Positions 48,150 to 51,714 of a stretch of DNA of 51,714 nt are shown here, one piece after another. Each line of letters starts with the position of its first letter. The stretch's first letter is position 1. The notes beneath the pieces were generated by a model. It did no database searches, was not told where the DNA came from, and saw nothing but the letters and a program-made list of their open reading frames with translations. Source of the stretch: a virus; IMG/VR virus record IMGVR_UViG_3300021389_000035, positions 1-51,714 of that record. One strand, given 5' to 3'. The translations under genes and the position numbers were made by a program.

Positions 48150-48617
48150 GTGGCAAAGAAACCGCTTAGATTCAAAGATTTTACATCTGTAGATTACACT
48201 CAGTCGGGTGATGATCAACTTGCGCACAATGCTAAGAAACGCAAGAAAGATATACCTACCGGAAATACCGGAGAAGAAGTAGAGAACGAAGCACTAGACA
48301 TGACCCAACGTCTTGCACGTGGTCGCATGTTTAAAAAGAACAAGGCCAAGATTGCAATGGGTCGCAAACGTGCTCAACGTAAGATTGCCTCTATGGACAC
48401 TCTGAAGAAACGTGCACGAAAGGCTGCACGTAATATCCTACTCAAGAAACTTACCAAAGATACACCCAAAGGTGAACTCTCATTGTCACGTAGACAGGAC
48501 ATAGAGAAGAGACTCGAAAAGAAGAAACCGGTTATCGATAAGTTATCTCGTAAACTACTACCCCAAGTACGTAAAAAAGAAATGGAACGTAAGAAGGGTG
48601 GTAAAAGTGCCGATTAA
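48150..48617 (+). CDS. highly basic Lys/Arg-rich protein (GTG start)
   Basis: 155 aa. AGAGGA RBS 7 nt upstream of the GTG. KRKK, KKNKAK, KRAQRK, KKRARKAARN runs. Confidence 0.5.
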   Translation: MAKKPLRFKDFTSVDYTQSGDDQLAHNAKKRKKDIPTGNTGEEVENEALDMTQRLARGRMFKKNKAKIAMGRKRAQRKIASMDTLKKRARKAARNILLKKLTKDTPKGELSLSRRQDIEKRLEKKKPVIDKLSRKLLPQVRKKEMERKKGGKSAD

Positions 48618-50364
48618 GAATTTTACTCAATACCTGATCGAAGAAGATCGTGAAGTTTATTTTACCTTTGGTAGAATGAATCCTCCTACTATTGGTCACG
48701 GTAAAGTGATGGATGTACTTGCCAAGAAGTCTGGTAAATCAGACTATAAAGTATATGTCTCACAATCACAGAATCCCAAGAAAGATCCCCTATCCTACAC
48801 AGATAAAGTGAAACATGTACGTAAGATGTTTCCTAAACATGCACGTCAAGTAATGTTAGATAAGGATGTCAAGTCCGTATTTGATATTGCAGTAAAACTA
48901 TACGATCAAGGTTATACTAAGATCAACATGGTTGTTGGTGCAGACCGTATACGTGAGTTCGATGTATTGTTGAATAAGTACAACGGTACAAAGGCACGTC
49001 ATGGTTTCTACAATTTCAAGAAAATCAACATTGTCTCTGCGGGTGAACGTGATCCTGATGCGACTGGTGTTGAAGGTATGTCTGCGTCTAAACAACGTGA
49101 GAATGCAGCAAAGAATGACTTCGTTACATTTGCACAAGGTGTACCGAAAGGAATGTCTGATAAAGATACACGGAAGTTGTTCAATGATGTTCGGAAAGGA
49201 ATGGGTCTCAAGGAAGAGCTTGAATTCAAGAATCACATTGAACTAGAAACTGTTTCTGAAACAAGAGAACAGTATGTTCAAGGTGAATTGTTTAAAGTAG
49301 GTGACACTGTTGTTATCAAAGAAAGCGATGAAATAGGAACTGTATCTGTATTGGGTGCTAACTATGTTATCGTGGAAACAGATAACGGTAAGTTGCGCAA
49401 ATGGTTAGATGCTGTAGAACTACTAGAGAAACAAGACTCAGATATCAAAGATCGTAAAGGTACACAACCTGCACGTTATCACTCGGGACTGAAGAAGTCC
49501 ACCAAAGTTGCACGTGATGCACACTTCAAGAAACACGGTAAGAAAGCAGACGATGATGACTCTGCATACAAACCCGCTCCAGGCGATGCAACAGCAAAGA
49601 CCAAACCTTCTAAGTACACCAAACAGTTCAAAGACATGTATGAAGAAGTATCTCAGAAAGAACTCAATGACCTTGAAAAGTTTGCTGACCGACTACTGAA
49701 CAAGTTTGATGTGGATATCGAATTTACTCGTCACTTCAAAGACCGTATGAATGACAAACGAAACAAACCTGCTATTAGTGTTGACGAGTTAGAACGTCTG
49801 TTCAAGAAGATGGCTGATAACAAGGGTAAGAAGATCAAGAAGTATGGTAACAAGGAAGCAATCCTGAAGGATATGCAGTCTGACCTGAACCTACCTGTAG
49901 TTATCAACTGGAAGAACGGCGAGTTCGAAGTTGTTAACAAAACAATTATGCGTAAGAAAGCATTCAAGTCACCTGATCCCGAACTGAAGTATGAGTCTGT
50001 CGAAGAAGATATGACTCCTCGTTGGATGAAGGATATGATCGGGTCTAAACTCAGTCCTAAAAAATACCAACATGCACTGGATGTTCTTAGTAAGATCATT
50101 GACCGTAAGAAGAAAGAAACCGGTGGTAACCTTAGACACGGTGTTGTTTATTATGCTGGTCAGGTTGCAAAACAGTATGACGGTGTTGATGCTAGGAATC
50201 TCGCTAAAGCATATGAGAAGAGTGTTAAAGAAGCGACTGATCCTGTAGATGCTGCCTCTCAGAAGATTGAACGTGAGAAAGAGACTGATAAGAAGAAACA
50301 CGACCGTATTCTAGACCGTGCAAGACTCGCTCGCGCAAGACAAAAGAATAGGCAAACTAAATGA
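48607..50364 (+). CDS. HIGH-signature nucleotidyltransferase (NMNAT/cytidylyltransferase-like) N-domain fused to a long Lys-rich C-terminal region
   Basis: FTFGRMNPPTIGHGKV (GRxxPxHxGH-like) and GMSASKQRE (ISxxxxR-like) within the first ~190 aa, then about 390 aa of K/E/D-rich sequence. Start is GTG 48607 or 48598. Confidence 0.5.
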   Translation: MPIKNFTQYLIEEDREVYFTFGRMNPPTIGHGKVMDVLAKKSGKSDYKVYVSQSQNPKKDPLSYTDKVKHVRKMFPKHARQVMLDKDVKSVFDIAVKLYDQGYTKINMVVGADRIREFDVLLNKYNGTKARHGFYNFKKINIVSAGERDPDATGVEGMSASKQRENAAKNDFVTFAQGVPKGMSDKDTRKLFNDVRKGMGLKEELEFKNHIELETVSETREQYVQGELFKVGDTVVIKESDEIGTVSVLGANYVIVETDNGKLRKWLDAVELLEKQDSDIKDRKGTQPARYHSGLKKSTKVARDAHFKKHGKKADDDDSAYKPAPGDATAKTKPSKYTKQFKDMYEEVSQKELNDLEKFADRLLNKFDVDIEFTRHFKDRMNDKRNKPAISVDELERLFKKMADNKGKKIKKYGNKEAILKDMQSDLNLPVVINWKNGEFEVVNKTIMRKKAFKSPDPELKYESVEEDMTPRWMKDMIGSKLSPKKYQHALDVLSKIIDRKKKETGGNLRHGVVYYAGQVAKQYDGVDARNLAKAYEKSVKEATDPVDAASQKIEREKETDKKKHDRILDRARLARARQKNRQTK

Positions 50365-50633
50365 TTAATTTTAAAAAATACCTTGCCGAAGGGCGGTATT
50401 CAGTGTATGATACACTTGACGTTAAAGAAGGATCGGATGGCATTGCAGCTAAGTCAAAGAAGTCTGGTATCTCGGTAGATACACTGAAGAAAGTATATAA
50501 CCGTGGTGTTGCTGCATGGAAGACGGGTCACCGTCCCGGCACTACCCCGCAACAATGGGGACACGCAAGAGTCAATGCGTTCATCGTCAAAAAGAAGAAA
50601 GGCAATTTAAACCACGATAAGGATCTTGCATAA
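50361..50633 (+). CDS. DUF5872-like small protein, tentative
   Basis: 90 aa. LKKVYNRGVAAWKTGHRPGTTPQQWGHARVNAFI matches the pattern I recall for DUF5872 (RG.gA....RPg...qW..aRV.sF). Confidence 0.4.
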   Translation: MINFKKYLAEGRYSVYDTLDVKEGSDGIAAKSKKSGISVDTLKKVYNRGVAAWKTGHRPGTTPQQWGHARVNAFIVKKKKGNLNHDKDLA

Positions 50634-50634
50634 T

Positions 50635-50952
50635 ATGAAAACATTTCAACAAATCAGAGAGAAACGCGAATTAGTCACTTTAGGTGGAACATCTAAAACA
50701 AGTGGTGAATACTATATGGGTGATGAGGGTATCAAGAAATTGGTTGACCTATCTAAAAAGAATCCCAATATCGAGTACACTGTTAAGTCAGATAACTACG
50801 GTGACTTCAAAGCACACTGGTTGAAGAACGGTAAGTTCGCAAAACAAACTGTTGCCAATATTAACTACGATATGGATAAACATAAAGTACGTGGTGTACC
50901 GAAAGGTAAGACTGTCAAGGACACTATATTTGTGGTGAGGTACACTAAGTGA
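50635..50952 (+). CDS. hypothetical protein
   Basis: 105 aa from ATG 50635 (track TTG 50626), starting 2 nt after the previous stop. Confidence 0.5.
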   Translation: MKTFQQIREKRELVTLGGTSKTSGEYYMGDEGIKKLVDLSKKNPNIEYTVKSDNYGDFKAHWLKNGKFAKQTVANINYDMDKHKVRGVPKGKTVKDTIFVVRYTK

Positions 50953-51714
50953 AGTCGTTTAAAGAATTGAGAGAGAAGACTCTCACTGCCGCAGAGAAAA
51001 AGAAACGGGAAGAGATTGCAAAGGCAATTGAGAAAGATGAACCTGATATGCCAATGGACAAGAAGATGGCAATCGCAACTGCGCAAGCAAAGAAAGTTGC
51101 GGAAGGTGCTGAGAAGTACACCGTCAAGAAAGGTAACATGACCCGTAAGGTCGATGGTGCGACTGCCGACAAGATGAAACGACAAGGTTGGAAGTTGATT
51201 GCGACCGAAGGACTTGATGAAGGTGCGATGTCTGACTTCCATCTGATGGTTCAAGAGAAGGTACCTGCTGCGCAGATTGCTAAGGAACTTGGACTTGACC
51301 TCAAGACCGTGAAGAAACTGATGAAAGATATGAAAGAGTCGGTTGAACTTGAAGAGAAGATGAAAGATAAACCATACGAAAAACAAATTGGTATGGGTGA
51401 TTCTCGTAGCGAAAAAGAAATTCGTGATCAGATTAGTGGTTTGAGCGATGGCACATTAAAGAAATGGGCAAGTAAACCAGCAGGACGTTTTGGTTCTAAG
51501 ATTGCTAAATTACAAGATAAAGTGGTCGCTGCCGAGATGAAAAAGCGTGGTCTTAAAGAATCTGTCGAAGAAGCACGTAAAGACTCGTCTGCCGATTTAT
51601 ACTTCAACACATACTCTGCCGCAGTACAACACGCAAAAGCACAAGCAGAGAAGAAAGGTTTTGAGGTAGTAGAAGACGATTGGTTCAACCAAGTAACTAC
51701 GGGTAAAGGTAAAC
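50949..51714 (+). CDS. Lys-rich hypothetical protein, 3'-truncated by the window end
   Basis: Hand translation from GTG 50949 (VKSFKELREKTLTAAEKKKREEIAKAIEKDEPDMPMDKK...) stays open for 255 codons to nt 51714. The GTGA junction overlaps the upstream stop. Confidence 0.55.
   Translation, partial: MKSFKELREKTLTAAEKKKREEIAKAIEKDEPDMPMDKKMAIATAQAKKVAEGAEKYTVKKGNMTRKVDGATADKMKRQGWKLIATEGLDEGAMSDFHLMVQEKVPAAQIAKELGLDLKTVKKLMKDMKESVELEEKMKDKPYEKQIGMGDSRSEKEIRDQISGLSDGTLKKWASKPAGRFGSKIAKLQDKVVAAEMKKRGLKESVEEARKDSSADLYFNTYSAAVQHAKAQAEKKGFEVVEDDWFNQVTTGKGK

Noticed and set aside
1-51714. Search for integrase, transposase, att sites, rRNA, CRISPR-cas, self-splicing introns in gene 43 or thyX, and toxin-antitoxin pairs.
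   Set aside because: No recombinase or transposase motifs, no rRNA-like sequence and no cas-like ORFs were seen. Gene 43 and thyX read through uninterrupted with all motifs in order. The window looks like part of a lytic phage genome rather than a prophage edge.

Overview
This 51.7-kb window is a segment of a lytic T4-superfamily phage genome. It is distant from T4 itself. The MazG, ThyX, multiple oxygenases and glycosyltransferases, and one-strand gene layout resemble marine or cyanomyovirus-type T4-likes, but that assignment is inference only. Every credible gene is on the + strand, and I treat all minus-strand ORFs in the track as shadow ORFs. Layout: (i) 1-25.3 kb holds the T4-type replication/recombination core: uvsY, uvsW, gp55, gp47, gp46, gp45, tRNA-Arg(UCU), tRNA-Gly(UCC), gp44, MazG, dCMP deaminase, gp62, RegA, gp43, UvsX, gp41 and ThyX. 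Accessory genes are interleaved: a cytidylyltransferase, a Prx5 peroxiredoxin, a sulfotransferase-like gene, a JmjC oxygenase with two glycosyltransferases, a DUF4338-like plus DUF262-HNH pair, an AEP-like gene, and UDP-GlcA epimerase with UDP-Glc dehydrogenase. (ii) 25.3-29.4 kb is an accessory enzyme block. (iii) 29.5-32.8 kb is a six-gene operon of exported or membrane proteins behind a T4-type late promoter (TATAAATA). (iv) 32.8-44.8 kb is an early-type region of about 40 small genes, driven by a repeated promoter-plus-leader cassette. (v) 44.8-51.7 kb is a second late-promoter module with nucleic-acid-enzyme-like and lysine-rich proteins. The best candidates for something new are the DUF4338-like/DUF262-HNH module, the late exported-protein operon, the JmjC+GT8+GT25 trio, a GC-rich cassette flanked by 25-bp repeats, the G-x-V-x repeat paralogues, and a T-depleted recoded patch inside the ligase-like gene. 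All homology calls come from motif recognition by eye and from memory; no searches were run.
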